NCBI RefSeq assembly: GCF_036321535.1
Contig: NC_087437.1
Coordinates: 4,712,001 to 4,776,000 of the forward strand
Reading direction: 5' to 3'
Length of the DNA stretch: 64,000 nt
Source of the DNA: Camelus dromedarius
Taxonomy: Eukaryota
The notes beneath the pieces are model-generated. The model saw nothing but the letters and a program-made list of their open reading frames with translations, did no database searches and was not told the DNA's origin. The translations under genes and the position numbers were made by a program. Positions 11,019 through 24,650 of the stretch are shown here, one piece after another. How positions within the stretch are numbered: position 1 is the stretch's first letter; the number at the start of each line of letters is the position of its first letter.

Positions 11019-14000
11019 AAAAAAAGATTTCTTAAATAGGGCACAAAAAGCAAACAGGAAAAGAATAAAATGTTTAACTGGACTCATCAAAATTTTAAAA
11101 AGTCTGCTCTTCGAAAGACAATGCTAAATTGAAAAGACAAGGCAAAGACTAGAAGAAAATACTTGCAAAACACATATATAAGGAGTTGTATTCAAAATAT
11201 ATAAAGAACTGCTACAACTCAATCATAATGAAACAACCCAATTAAAATAAACGGGCAAAAGGTGTGAATGGATGCTTTACCAAAGAAGATACATGAATGG
11301 CCAACAAGCACATGAAAACATACTCAATGTCATTAGTCATTAAGACAGTGTAAATGAAGACTATAGTGAAATCCACGACATATGGCTAAAATTAACAGGA
11401 CTGACGATCCCAAGTGTCGGCGAGGATGTGGAGCAGCAGGAACTCTGAGATGTTGCCAGTGGGAATGCAAAGTGGTACATTCACTTTGGGAAACAGTTTG
11501 GCAGATTCTTATAAAGTTAAACTTATGCTTACTATACCACCCACTCTGGTATTTCTCTGAGAGTAGTGAAACATATTTCCCCCAGAAGACTTGTCCATGA
11601 ATGCTCATAACCACTTTATTTGTAATAACCCCAAACTAGAAACAATGCAAATGGCCATTAATGGGTGGAGCTAAACAAGCTGTGTGCAAGGCAGCAGCCA
11701 TTAGGGGTCATGTGTCATGAGCTGCAGAACAAGGGACACAGCTGAATCTCCAACGCATCATGCAAAGTGGAAGGAGCCGACATAGAACACTAATCCTGCA
11801 CGCTTGCGTGTGCATGGCGTTCTAGGGAAGAGAAAACTCCAGGGATGGAGACCAGACCAGTGGCTGCTAGGCAGGAGGGCTGTGAGAAGAAAGCTGACCG
11901 CAAGGGGGCCTTTGCAGGCAACGGCAGTGTCTCTGTCTTGATGGAATGGCTGTTTGTCTGCTGTATCAAAACTCACCAAACTGCACTCTGAGAAAGGGTG
12001 TGTTTTACTTCATGTAAATTTCCCTCAATACACTTGACTTTAAGCAAATGAGAAAAAGAGAGTTCCTATTTCTGCACAGACATAAACGCTAGTCTGTGGA
12101 ATTCTGTTGAGTGGAATTGGAAAGTTGCACTGCGTCTGACCAAACATCTGAACAGCCAAGTAAGTCTACTTATCAACTGTTGGCACGCACAGAGAAAGAT
12201 CTAGAACAACGCACACAACACACTTGGTAGGTGGAGGTGTGTGGGCAGAGGGGAGAAAAAGGGGAACTTTCCTTTTAAACCTCATACAAGCAATACTTTC
12301 ATAACCTCCTTACATCTTTTATACATTTTCCTACCTTTTCAAGCTGACACAAATAATATTCGTATTAGTGGCAATTTTTACAGTAAGCATTACCTAATCT
12401 TTAGTTTACAAATGAAAGGATTTTTTTTAAACAAAATGAAATTCTCAGCCACCTTAGGAGTATGGAAGGAAGAAAGGGAAAATGCGTTTTCCTGCACATC
12501 TGAGGTCCGACAAGTCCTTGTCGCAGTGCTGAGTGGAGCAGACCATTACCAACTGGTCCTGGCAGAAGACAGAGCTCTGAGACTGGTGTTTCTGGCCCAG
12601 AATTAAGGACGACTCAGTCACACTGAGGCCCCGGCCACCTCAGGAGGCAGACAAGACGGGGCAGCTGGAAGCTCGGGAAATCCCCCCTCACCGTCCTGCC
12701 CCTGCAACTCAGGCTAAAGTCAGAGCCAGAACTGATGGAGCCTCTCAGGCCAAGGAAAGCTCAGCTAAGAACCAGAAGGACTAAGGAGCCTCATCGGACT
12801 CGCCCCGGCTGTGAGCATCTGGTCCTTCTCCAGGCAGGAGACGGCTGTCCTCACTTTCATGGAAGAGACTTCCACTGGGCTGGCCTCGGGCCACCTAGAG
12901 TAAATCACAAGAGTGACAATAACCTTACCCAATACAGCCTTTCCCATACTGGGCAGGAGGGGCACCCGTTCTAAAAGTTACTGTTTTTAAAAAGCGGAGG
13001 AGTTCATATAAATTGAGAGAGGCGGCCTGCTGTGTGACCCTCTGGGACATTTACAGTACGTGTCAGCACACCAAAGCCCCTGGGAAGTCCTGCAGCACAG
13101 AGACCCATTTACTTTTGCTTTTTCCCCTAAACAGTAGTTGACTCCAAACCCATTTTAATGTCATTCCGATTATTTAATCCTCTCCTTTTTCTTATCTATG
13201 TTTTATATAACAAACATGTCATTGGTCTGCTAAATAAATAATTATTATTTAGGGCTTTACTTTTTAAAAACTCCTTCTTAACATTTTCCTTTTCATTTGA
13301 TGTCCACAAGGGAAGGCAGCAGGACTAGACTGATAATGCCCATCTTACAGATGAGAAAACTGCAGCTTAGGGGAGGCTCCAGGGACAACAGAAATTCAGG
13401 TCACTGTCTGGCAGGTGGAGCAGTTACTGGCAAGAGTGGACCCTGAACCCCAGCCAGAGGCCAGGGGGCTCCCCAGGGGAATATCAGCCAACCTCGTCTC
13501 TACCTAAAACCAGACTCGGAAATTCTGTGAGTCCAAGAAGCGCTCAGCTATGAAGAGGTGGAACCACATTCTTGGTGGGGAAACCGGAAAGTCACGTCTT
13601 TAAGACAGGAAGCCAGGGAGGCTGGTGATGTCAGAGGAGGCCCCCGAATGGTTCATGATAACCACGATCGATGGTTCTTGAACTGAAGCCCGCAGCCAGG
13701 AAGGACATCCTGAAACCCTCGCAGAGCATTTTCAAATGTTATGTGTTTCAAGAATCATGGAAATAAAAGAGCTTAAAATAACTGTTAAGCTACCAAGGGG
13801 CACAGCAGATCTCGGCCTCCCTCTCACAGGTGGGGTGCTGGGTCTGCCCCAGGGTTCCCCCCGGGTGAACCCCAGAAAAGAGTGGTCCACACTCACCTAA
13901 TGCCCCTTGGCATTTGAAATGGATGAGAGGTTGAAGTTTTGGTGCAGACTAGGGTGGGCTTTCTAAAGCCTGAAAAGGATAGTTGGTTTTTACCTGAAAC

Positions 14001-14334
14001 TGACCCCAAAGCTATGATTCCTGTTTGAACTATTGCCTGAGATCTGTGAAAGGGGGATGTGACAGAACCTTGTTTAAAAACCTAAAACTCTCAATAAACC
14101 GGCTATTAGTATTTCTCATCCCTTTGGTTTCTTACATCTTTTAATAACCCCTCAAACACCACAAATTCAGATCTTTCATCTTTTCCCACAATACAAGTGT
14201 CAATCCAAAGCGTTCTCTTAACTGAGTTTTCCCCTTGGAATAAAATTTTATATCTCACCCGATTTTACCAACATTCCACAGAAAACCTCAAACCTCTTAC
14301 CAAGCACTTTCTAAAACAGATGTTAAAATAAAGG

Positions 14335-16000
14335 CCATGCGGGACCATATATGACAAGCCCACAGCTGCCATCATACTAAATGGTGAAAAGCTGGAAGTC
14401 TTTCCTCTAAGATCAGGCACAAGACCAGGGTGCCCACCCCCATCATTTGTATTCAGTACAGTACTAGAAGTTCTAGCCAGAGTACTTAGGCAGGAAAAAG
14501 AAATAAAAGGCATCTAAATTGGAAAAAAAAAAAAAAAGAAGTAATTGCAGATAACATATTATATATAGAACACCCTAAAGACTTCACAAACAAGCTATTA
14601 GAACTAATTCACAAATTTACTACAAATAAATTCAGTAAAGTTGCAGGATACAAATCAACACAGGAAAGTCTCTTGTCTTTTTATGCGTTAACAATGAACT
14701 ATCTGAAAAAGAAATTAAGAAACCAATTTCATTTTCAATAGCATCAAATAAAATGCTGAGTAATAAACATAACCAAGGAGATGAGATCTGTACACTGAAA
14801 ACTATAAAACACTGGTGAAAGAAATTGAAGGAGACACATACAAATGGAAAGATACCTTGTTTCATTGATTGGAAGAATTCATATTGTTAAAATGTCCATG
14901 CTACCCCAGGTCACCTAAAGATTCAGTGCAATCCCTACCAAGATTCCAAAAGACGGTTTTAAGGAGAAGCAGGAAAAAAAAAAAATCCTAAAATTTATAT
15001 GAGCCACAAAAGACCCTGAAAGCCAAAGCGACCTTGAGTTAGAAGAACAAAGCTGGAGGGTATAGCTCAGTGGTAGAGCATTTTGACTGCAGAAGAAGAA
15101 AGCTGGACGCATTACATTATCTGACTTCAAAATATATTACAAAGCTATATTAATCAAAATAGTATGATACTGGCATAAAAACAGACATGTAGACCACCAA
15201 AAGAGAATAGAGAACCCAGAAATAAATTCACATGTTTATAGTCAACTGATCTTTCACAAAGGGGCCAAAAACACACAATGGGGAAAAGACAGTCTCTTCA
15301 ATAAATGCTATTGGGAAAACTGGACAACCACATGCAGAAAGAATAAAATTGGACCATTATCTCATACCGTATAGAAAAATCAACTCCAATGGATTAAATT
15401 CTAAACCATGATCTGAAACTATAAAAATCCTGGAAGAAAATATAGGGGGAAAGTTTCTTGACATTGGTGTGCAATGCTTTTTTAGATATGACCCCAAAAA
15501 GCACAGGCAGTGAAAACAAAGATAGTCAAATGAGATTGCATTCAATTAAAAAGTTTCTGTACAGCCAAGGAAACGAGAAACAGAGTGAAGAAACAACCTA
15601 CAGGATGGGGAAAGTATCTGCAAACCATACATCTGATCAGGGATTAGTAACCAATATACATAAGGAGCTCAAACAACTCAAGCAAGAATACAAATAACCT
15701 GATTTAAAAACGGGCAAGGACTTGAATAGATATTTTTCCAAAGATATCTAAGTGGTCAACAGATACATGGAAAAATGTTCAACATCACTAATCAACAGGG
15801 AAATGCACTGATGAGAGAAAACCACAATGTGATATCACACCACACGTGCCAGAATGGCCATCCTCAAAATGATATAAAACATAAGTGTTGGTGAGGATGT
15901 GGAGAAAAGGGAACCCTTGTGCACTGTTGGCGGGAAGGTAAACTGGTACTGCCATTATGGAAAACGGAGACTAAAATTAATCCCTCAAAAAATTAAAAAT
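14335..16000 (+). mobile_element. L1 ORF2 remnant (frameshifted)
   Basis: ATATGACAAGCCCACAGC...GGAGAAAAGGGAACCCTTGTGCACTGTTGG L1 ORF2 signatures. Confidence 0.9.
15058..15090 (+). pseudogene. Tailless 5'-half tRNA-Cys(GCA) retropseudogene inserted in an L1
   Basis: GGGTATAGCTCAGTGGTAGAGCATTTTGACTGC(AGA) matches the tRNA-Cys 5' half through the anticodon; 17-bp TSD AGAAGAA(C/G)AAAGCTGGA at 15041-15057 and 15091-15107. Confidence 0.85.
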
Positions 16001-17109
16001 AGTCTGCTCACAAGCAACGCTCACTGCTGGGTTAAAACCCTCCGCCAGTCTCACAAAGCACCTGATGCTCCAATGTGTCATATTTACTAATAAAGCTGGA
16101 CACTATGGTGTCTTCAGGGAAATGTATACAACTGCAGCCAACAAGTAAGAACTTACCTGATTCATAAAATTGGCACCAGCAGCCTCAGTACAGTCTTAAA
16201 AATTTTTGAAACAGTAAAACTCATGAAGCACCCAAACATATCAGGGAGTGAGAGCCTGGGTTCTGTGTGCTCCTTCAGGCCCTCCTCAGCTTACTGCCCG
16301 GTCCGGTGGGGCACAGACACAGGCAGAAACCAGACGGGCAGTCAAGTCCGTGCATGGGCCCTGGTCGGGGTCCCTCGAAGCTCTGCAGACCTGGTGAGGC
16401 AGGAAGCAGCTAGGGATCACAAGCCAGCCTTGAAGGTGGAGTGAAGGATTGAGACGGTGCTCTCTGAAGCTCACGCCAGACACCAGAATTAGACTCCAGA
16501 CACGTGGAGGTTTTGTCCCTTCCCCAGATGGAATTTTAACTCAAGGACATGTTGGTAGAAACAGAACGCATCCATTGCTGGTCCATTTTATGTGTCAATT
16601 CCATTAAGTTATCACATAAAAATTCTGGCACAGTCTGCATTCTCAAAAGAGTCTTTCTGGAAGTAATCCTATCCACTGCACCTGACCTGGATGGATTTCT
16701 AATTCCATCATGTAATTTGGAGGGCACAGCCCAGTCCCACCCTCATAGCAGGCTACTTTGTCTCAACAGCCTCATATTACATAATTCTGCTCCCACCTTG
16801 TTTATGTGGTTGAGCTGAAGTCCAAAGAGGAAATGGAAATGTGGTTACGGTAACCGTTCCTCTTAATGGAGTCTTGTGTTCTCCTGGTCCGCACCCCTCC
16901 CTGTGATTGAGTCTTCTCTCGTGAAACGCCTGATGAGGAGGGCTTCTGGTGGAAACCTGATGTGACAGGAAAGGAAAACTCTTCAGAAACATTCTTCCTA
17001 GAAAAGCTCTTCTTTATATGTGGCAGGTGAAGCTACTTCGACTGTGAGTAAATAATACGGAAAAATGAAATTGTTTCAGAAAAAGCATTAGATTTGTTTA
17101 AAAATTGGG

Positions 17110-18140
17110 GGGAAAATTAAAAATAGAGCTACCACATAATCCAGCGATCCCACTTCTGGGTAATTATTCAAAGGAAATGAAATTAGCACCTCAAAGAGCT
17201 CTCTGCACTGTCATGCTCTCAGCAGCACTATTCACAATAGCCAAGACGGGGAAGCAACCTAAGTGTCTGTCAGCGGATGGAAACATAAAGAAAATGCTAT
17301 GTGTGTACAATGAACCATGATTCAGCCTCAGAAAAGAAGGAAATTCTGCCGCTTGTGACAACATGGATGTCTTAGCTCCGCCTGCTCTGACAACGTAGCA
17401 CAGACTGGGTGGCTTATAAACAACATACACTTATTTCTCACAGTTCCAGGGACTGGAATTCCAAGATCAGCGGGGCCAGCACCGTCAGGTTTGGGTGGAA
17501 ACCTTCTTCCTTCTGGTTCACAGACTGCCGATTTCTCGCTGTGTCCTCACATGGTGGAAGGGGTCCCTGGGGTCTCCTTGGAGTCTCTGTTATAAGGACA
17601 CCAACCCCATTCATGAGGGTTCTGACCTTATCATCTCCCAAGGGTACCTCCCAATAGCATCGCCTTGGGGGTTAGAATTTCACCATGTGAACTGGTGGGT
17701 GGAGGGGACACACAGTGAACCGGAGGACATCACGCTGAGTGAACTAAAATAAGCCAGGCGCTGGAAGTCAAATACTACATGACCTCACTTATTTGTGGGA
17801 TCTAGAAAAAGCCAGAATCATAGAGGCAGGAAGTAGAAGGGTGGGTTCCTGGGTCTGGGGGTGGGGAAAGGGGGAGGTGTTGGTCAGAGGCAACAAAGTT
17901 CCAGTTGTGCAGGACGAAGAAGTTCTGAGGCCCTAAGGTGACTAATATTAACACGAGTGTATTGCACACTGTTTGAAATTTGCTAAGAGAGTACATCTCA
18001 AGTGTTCCCCCCTCTCCTCAGAACGGTAACTATGTGAAGAGATGGACATCAGCTGGTTTGACTGTGGCCATCATCTCACCGTGTCCGCATGGATCAAGAC
18101 ACCATATCGCAGACTTTAAACATGTCCAACTTTCGTTTGT
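17110..18140 (+). mobile_element. L1MA-type 3' end split by an MLT1 LTR
   Basis: L1 ACATGGAT|GAACCGGAGGACAT split at 17368-17715. Confidence 0.75.
17368..17715 (-). mobile_element. MLT1A-like MaLR LTR
   Basis: TGTCTTAG...CAGACTGGGTGGCTTATAAACAAC...TTTATTTCTCACAGTTC. Confidence 0.75.
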
Positions 18141-18949
18141 CAACCAGGGAGAAGGGGAGGCCTCTATCACATTTTCCTGTCCATCTCTCCTGCTGCCCCT
18201 GAGGGTGGGCTGCAGGCTAAGCAGCGGGAAATGCATAGACAGCCCTGTGATGGAAGACCCTCCTCTTCCGAGGGCTGGAGGCAAGTGTGGGTGATGGAGG
18301 GAGCTGGGGAGCCAGGGCCATGGGAGGAGTCACGTTCCTTCAGGAGGTGGCAAGGGCCCATCTGAAGGCTGGAGGCTCTTCAGAGACCTCAGTTCCTTGC
18401 CGCACAGACTTCTTTGTGGGGCTTCGTGAGCAGCTTCAAGACACATCAACAGGCTTCCCCAAGAGCAAGTGATCCAAGAGCGAGAGAAAGGAAGAGGCCA
18501 CAGTGCCTTTTGTGACCTTGTCCTGGAAGTGCGGCAGGGTCGCTAGGACCAAGTCACGGGGTCCAGGCCGCACCCAGAGGAAGGGAAGTTACAGTCCCCC
18601 TCTGGAAGGGAGGAGTACCCAATCTGAGGACACGTTCTCTGGAGCCGGGCCTGTGCTTCCCGACCTTCCCTTTCCTCCTCAGAAGGCGTCTCAGTTCCCT
18701 CTGCACCTTAACCCACTCCCCACTTTGCATCTGCAGGGGCGCCCAACCTGGTCCTTCTCTTGAGCCCTGCATCTCTCCTCAGCTGTGTGACATCATGACC
18801 CAGAAACAATCCACACCTGACATCCACCTCCCGATCCTGACCCCCCGGGCTTTGGAAATGAGGCACACCTGGACAGGAGGAAAACGGGCCAAGTCTTCCC
18901 TCTTAGATGCCTAGAACTGAAAACTTACGAATCTGGGTCAACTGGTCTG

Positions 18950-19120
18950 ACTAGCGCCCATCGGATCACACAGTGGGCTTGTTAAAACACAGATTTCCTG
19001 GTTTCTGACTTGGGAAGTCTTGGAAGTTGGGTGGGGATTTGCATTTCCAATGTCTCCAGGTGGTGCTGCTGCTGCTGCTGCTGCTCGCGGTCCACGGACC
19101 ACACTTTGAGAACCACTGGT
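18950..19120. mobile_element. MER5A-like element containing (GCT)7 at 19065-19085
   Basis: GGACCACACTTTGAGAACCACTG terminus. Confidence 0.65.
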
Positions 19121-19473
19121 CTAAGAGTTTAAGTTAGCGAAAGGAGCGTATCTTTGGCGATTGAATTATTGGGGCATACTTATTCTGATGACCATTTTCC
19201 ATTGGGAAATTTGGACAAACTGACAACCTCCTGGAAAATTCTACCTTGTGGCAGTGTTTTTTCTGGTCTCTTATCTTCCCCCTATGTTCCTCCCCTCCCT
19301 TTAAATATCACATGCATATAAAACCATATATAACCATATTTTAAGATTTCTGTTTGTAACTATATTCTACTTGGTGCACAGATTCTCAGAACTGAGGCAC
19401 ACTGGAAGAGGCCTGTGGTTTGCAAATTCAAACACAGTTTTTGAACTGAGGTCAATTTAAAACATATCTTATA

Positions 19474-19595
19474 GGAGGGAGGGTATAGTCAGCGGTAGAG
19501 TGTGTGCTTAGCATGCGCAAGGTCCTGGGTTCAATCCCCAGCACCTCCATTTAAAAAAAACAATTACTTAGAAAAAAAATTTTTAATTTAAAAAA
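19474..19595 (+). mobile_element. tRNA-Ala-derived SINE (vic-1 type)
   Basis: GGAGGGTATAG...GCTTAGCATGCGCAAGGTCCTGGGTTCAATCCCCAGCACCTCCA plus A-rich tail. Confidence 0.8.
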
Positions 19596-22500
19596 TACGT
19601 ATCTCATTACTTTTTTTGTCTTTCTTACCTGCCCCAAATTTCTTTTACAATTCTCCCTTCTTTATAGAAATGGCCAGTTCTTGAATTAGGAACGTCACAA
19701 GCTCAAGGCAACTGATCAGTGGCAGCAGCCAATGTGCAAATGCCCTCCTAAAGCAATGTTCCATTTTTATTCCCTCCCTGTTTCAATCAGTCTGGGAGAT
19801 TCCTGGAAAGAACATGTGCTAAACGCATTTCCATTTTTATTAGTAGTTGGCTCCATAAATAGCCAATTTATTTTATTTTTCTGTGGCTCATTCTCAACCC
19901 TCTTGCCCAAGCTGAGTCACAGCATCAAAGAAAGCTGAAGCGGCTTATGTTCTAGTAGCTCGAACTTGTCCTGATGTGCAAATATAAACATGTTTAGAGA
20001 AACAGGAAGAAGAAGGCAACACCAATGCGCACCAGTTTTTGGTTGGTGGCCTCTCTCTCTCCAGTCAGCTGATGTTCTGTTTTTACTTAAACTGGAGTCT
20101 GGTTTTTAAGAAAAAATGAATGCCAAGTGTTCATTACACAGCTATTTAAAGGCAGGATCCGGATGTATTATAAGATCTACTGGGCAGCAGTTTTCTAAGT
20201 TGAGCCCCCAAAGTCAGAGAATTTGGAGGGCCCCTCCTCTCCCACGTCTCGGTGCTCGTGAACGCTGCGTCCATCCCATTCTGGAGAGTTCCTCTGGGCA
20301 GGAATTTGAGAAGAGGACTCTGCAGCACACACCCAGGCACGTTGTTGCATGTGACTATTGCGGAGGAGTAGGACATCGTCAGGGCCCTGAATCCTACGTC
20401 TCTACAGCACCACCCCTCCCCAGGCTCCTGCAATTAGAGAAACGTTATGTCACCTGCACCGTCTTCGTGGTCAGTCTCACTGAGTCAGACCTCAGCCCAG
20501 AGTTGGTCTGGCAGCCCCAGTAGCTGATCCAGGCCGGGAACTGCTTCTCTGTCCTTTCTCAGGTGAGCAATTCAGAGGCTCCCATCCTGTCACACACGGG
20601 AGTAGCTAAGTGAATGGCACACAGCAGGGACTCGATACATGCTGAATTAAACGGAAATTGTATTATCGAATTTTTATCGCTTTGTCACAACTGGTCGCCA
20701 TACTGCACCTCTGTGCTTCTTTAGGTAACCCTGAGGTTTTTTCGCCTCTAAATTTTGAGCCCAGTATTTTGAAAAAAAACAATCAAAATGGAAAAATCGA
20801 AAAGTTCTCATTTAAAATCACAGGCCCATTTGTTCTCTTTCAAATCTTTCCTCTTTTGAAATTGTCCCTTCAAGATTAAAACCATACAATGTGCCACCCT
20901 GGGAAAGCCCCCTGATTTCCCTGTGCCTGTTTCCCTGTCTGTAACGTGGGGATAAAAATATTCACTCCTTTCAGAAGGTTACTGTGAAGATGAAATAAAA
21001 TTATGTATATGAAGGTTCCTAAGAATTATGTAAACTTTATTGTCATTATCATTACCTCAAATTCAGATCAAAACAATACCAGTAATCAACGTTCACAGCT
21101 ACCTAAAACAGGAGAGGCCGCTGCTGGAGCTTTCCTAGAAAAGGTATACTATATAACCTTTAGATTCTAGCCGCTTTCTCTTCCACATCACATTTTTTTC
21201 CCCTTGTTTTCCCAGAGCCCTCCATTCATGCAGTCAGTGGTGTTCACATTCCAGGAATGGCTAGGTCAGCCTGGTCGGGGATCCTCAGCACGAGGGCCTG
21301 ACTCCCCTGAGTGCTGGCCCCGGGAGAAGCCACATCCAGTGTGGCACCTGGTGTCAGCAATGCAATGTCTGAGGAGGAAGCCCAGGCAGGTGGGCCTGAG
21401 AGAGGCCTGCAGAGACCTGGCCAGCCCAGCACAGCATGGGGGGTGCAGCCAGAAACTCCCTCTCTCCCTGGAGGGCCTGGAGAGGGACTGAGCCATGGCA
21501 AACCGGAGAAGCTCTGGCTGTTTGCAAAGAGTGAATATTATTTGCAGACTGGCAAGAGGGCCTGAGGCTGATGAAGGCGGATGAAGCCTCAGGAGGGATG
21601 TCATGAGGAGAGAGGCCAGTGGTGGTAGCCGGCCTGCAAAGGTGGCCCTGATGAACAACACCTCCCGGGACTCCCTTCCCTGGGCAGTTCCCTCCCACGC
21701 CTGTCATTCACTTTAACCAGCAGAGTGCAGCAGAAGGGACACTGGCAGCTCCAGGCCAAGTCTTCAGAAAACCTGGCAGCTTTTGCTATAGCCTTGCGGA
21801 AGTCAGTTGCCGTGTGAGAGCCCGGGTCCCTGGTGGGAGAGGGCAGCCCGGGGAGGGGGCCCTGGAGGGGAAGACCCCTGGCAGGAAGAGAGACCTTGTG
21901 GAGGAGGGCCAAGGCCCCGGGGACAGCCTGGGACAGCCAGCCACACCCTGCAGCCGGACAGGTACAGACCACACACCTCACTGTGGGGCGTCGCACCAGA
22001 CAAACGTAGAGTTATACAGGATTTGGGGGAAAGGTGGAGTTTGGTGGAATGTAAATGAAGCTGAGTTTTTTGTTTGTTTTTAACTAAAAAACCATTTTAT
22101 AAAATTGAGGTCATCAAAGAAACTGAGTGTAAACTGACATTAAGAGCCAACAAGTTTCCATGCAAAGCGCTTAGAGAACATAGGTGTGTTGCATGGGAAG
22201 GGATGGGTGGGAATTAGGGCTCAGACGGAGGATGGCGATGGGGGCAGGAGAGAGTTCCTGTGTCCTGGCCCAGGTACAGACGGAGCCCAGGAGACCCAGC
22301 GGGAGCCAGGCAAGGGGAACAAGGCGTCACAGGGAGTGCCAGCTGATTCAAAGCCGTATACAAGTTCTAATTCTTTCCATGGCTATGTTTATTTATTTTT
22401 TTTTAATTGAGATGCCATATCTCACAGGCCATAAATTCACATACTGTAAAAGTCACCATTTTAGAGTATACAGTTAAGTGATTTTAGCACAGAATCAAAG

Positions 22501-24539
22501 GTTTGCTAGGCTCAGAGCAGAGCAGGCCCTGTGTAAAGCATTCCACAACTGCTTGGGACTGCGAAGTGGGCCCCCAGGTCCTGTCCCCTCGGGTACTACA
22601 CAGGTGGGACAGACGGGAAGTGCTGGGCCCAGAAACCCTGCACCTGAGGAGGCGCACCTGAGGTTTGTCCGGAAAGAAACTGAGGCTGTTTTGTGTCCAA
22701 GGGACTTAGCGCCTCTGGGCAAAATCAGGGCATGTCATTCTTCCTGAAAAAAGTTTCTGATCATCTTTGATTTTAGAAAACAAAGTTACTTGGGAATGAA
22801 AAAGAGGGCTGTTCGGCACTCGCCCCTTGCAGTGAGGCCTTGGACGGGATGTTTCCTCCTGCCAGCTCTGTTTTCGGCTCTGTCTGAGGCTCGGATTCCA
22901 GCCTGATGACCGGCCCGGCAGATGTTTACATCGTTAGCCTGAGCTACTTTTCACTTTCTCAGAAAAAGAAGGCAACTTGGACCTTCCAGCCCAGAGAGGC
23001 TTCTGGAGGACTGGCTCCAGCTGCCATCTGACTGCAGCTGCGAGAGACCTCAGCTGAGCCCCATCACGCCACCAGCCTGTGAGAGAGCACGTCTTATGTT
23101 CACCACTACGTTTGGGGATGGTCTGTGACACCTCAGTAGGTTACTGAACAGCCACACGCCTGAGGCAGATCCCCCTGCCCATGGCAGGACGGCAAGACCC
23201 CCAGGACTCAGTGCATCCTCAGGGAAGAAGGGAACTGGAGGGGCACGAACCTCAGTTAGAGGAGGCCCTTAGTCGAAGGAGACCGGGGCTCACCTCTGGT
23301 GTTAGAAGCCAGAGGGCTCCCCAGCGGGGTGCCGGGGCGAGTGGGAGGGGCCAGAGGTGAGCCCTGGACTGCCGGAAGGGTCCTCTATCTCGACCTGGGC
23401 GGTGGCCAGGTGCACGCACCCCTGTGAAAGAGTTCACTGGGCTGTACACATGAGACAAGCAGAAATGGCGCTCAGGAGTAACGTCTGTTAGAGTGACAAA
23501 GAAAAGTGAACCCATTCTGTGGATGTATGCCTGCCACAAACGCTATGTAAGTGAAAACAATGGTTTATGGCAGATGCATGGCACAGGTGTTAATTAGGAG
23601 TCTAAACACTGAGTGATAAGGTGCCAAAGAGGAATACGATCGAGAGTGGGGAGTTTAAGACGAGTATGAAATCACACAACTGCTGGAATAGTCACTCACA
23701 CAATTTCTATTCTATGGATTAAATTAGAAGTAGGCTGTACCCTCTTTGAGGCCATTGTCCCTGGAATCAGAGATGGAAGGAAACTTTGAAATTGTCTTTT
23801 ACTGGTTTTCAAACGGGGCTGCACACTGGAATCACCAGGGGAGCTTTAAAAGACGATGATGCCTGGGTCCCACCCGAGAGATTCCGATGCGATGGGGCCG
23901 AGGCGTAGCTGAGGTGTAACCCGAGGACCAGGAGTTTTAAAGCCCCCGGGTGGTGGCAGGGCACTGTCAGCGCTGAGAGCCAGGGGTCGGTTTGTACTGC
24001 TTCCACCACCGAGTACACGGAGGCCCAGTGCGGAAAAATGGCTGCGAAACATCCATTAATTGGCCACAGCCAGCTCTCCCTGATGCGCCCTAACAGGAGG
24101 GGCTGTGGCATGGATGATGCCGAAGAGTGAATAATCTAAAAATAATTTGTTTGGTTTGGGAAAGCAGCACGTGACTTCCCGGCTACTGACTGGCCTGGCT
24201 AATTGAGTTTGGGTTCAAATGAATGTGCCTCTTCCTGGTTTTACACTGACAGCCCAGGCCTGTGCTGAGGTGTGGGAGGGAGGTGGCCAAACTGAACACT
24301 GGCTGCGGCAGTTCCCCAGTGGGCAGCGGACCGGCTGTCCAAGGCACACGGTCACTGTGCAGGCATGGGGACTTTTCTTCCCAAGGTGGGACTAAGCTGG
24401 CTCTGTGACTCCGCATGGGCTTGGGGATGGAGACAGAAGTGGGAGTGAAGGGAGAGGGACTAAAGGTGGTCACAGGGATCCCAGGTTTCCTGCTAAGCGT
24501 TTCTGTCAATAGCACATGCTCCAGGCGGCTCCGAGCTAG

Positions 24540-24650
24540 GCATCTATTCCCTCTCCCCATTATAGAGATGAGGAAACTGAGGCTCAGAGAGGTGAAACTG
24601 CCAAAGCAGAGCGAGGAGGGAAACTCGGGCTTATCGGACTGTGTCCAAGA
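24540..24650 (-). mobile_element. MIR SINE fragment
   Basis: GATGAGGAAACTGAGGCTCAGAGAGGTGAA core. Confidence 0.7.

Larger units (their letters stand above)
9900..12040 (+). mobile_element. Old L1 (L1MC/ME-like) ORF2-3'UTR interrupted by two younger L1 inserts
   Basis: L1 sequence breaks at TTAGGCAAAA (10089) and resumes GATTTCTTAAATAGG (11026). Confidence 0.75.

Noticed and set aside
16536..16818. Overlapping short ORFs suggesting a processed pseudogene
   Set aside because: No recognisable parent protein, poly(A) or TSD
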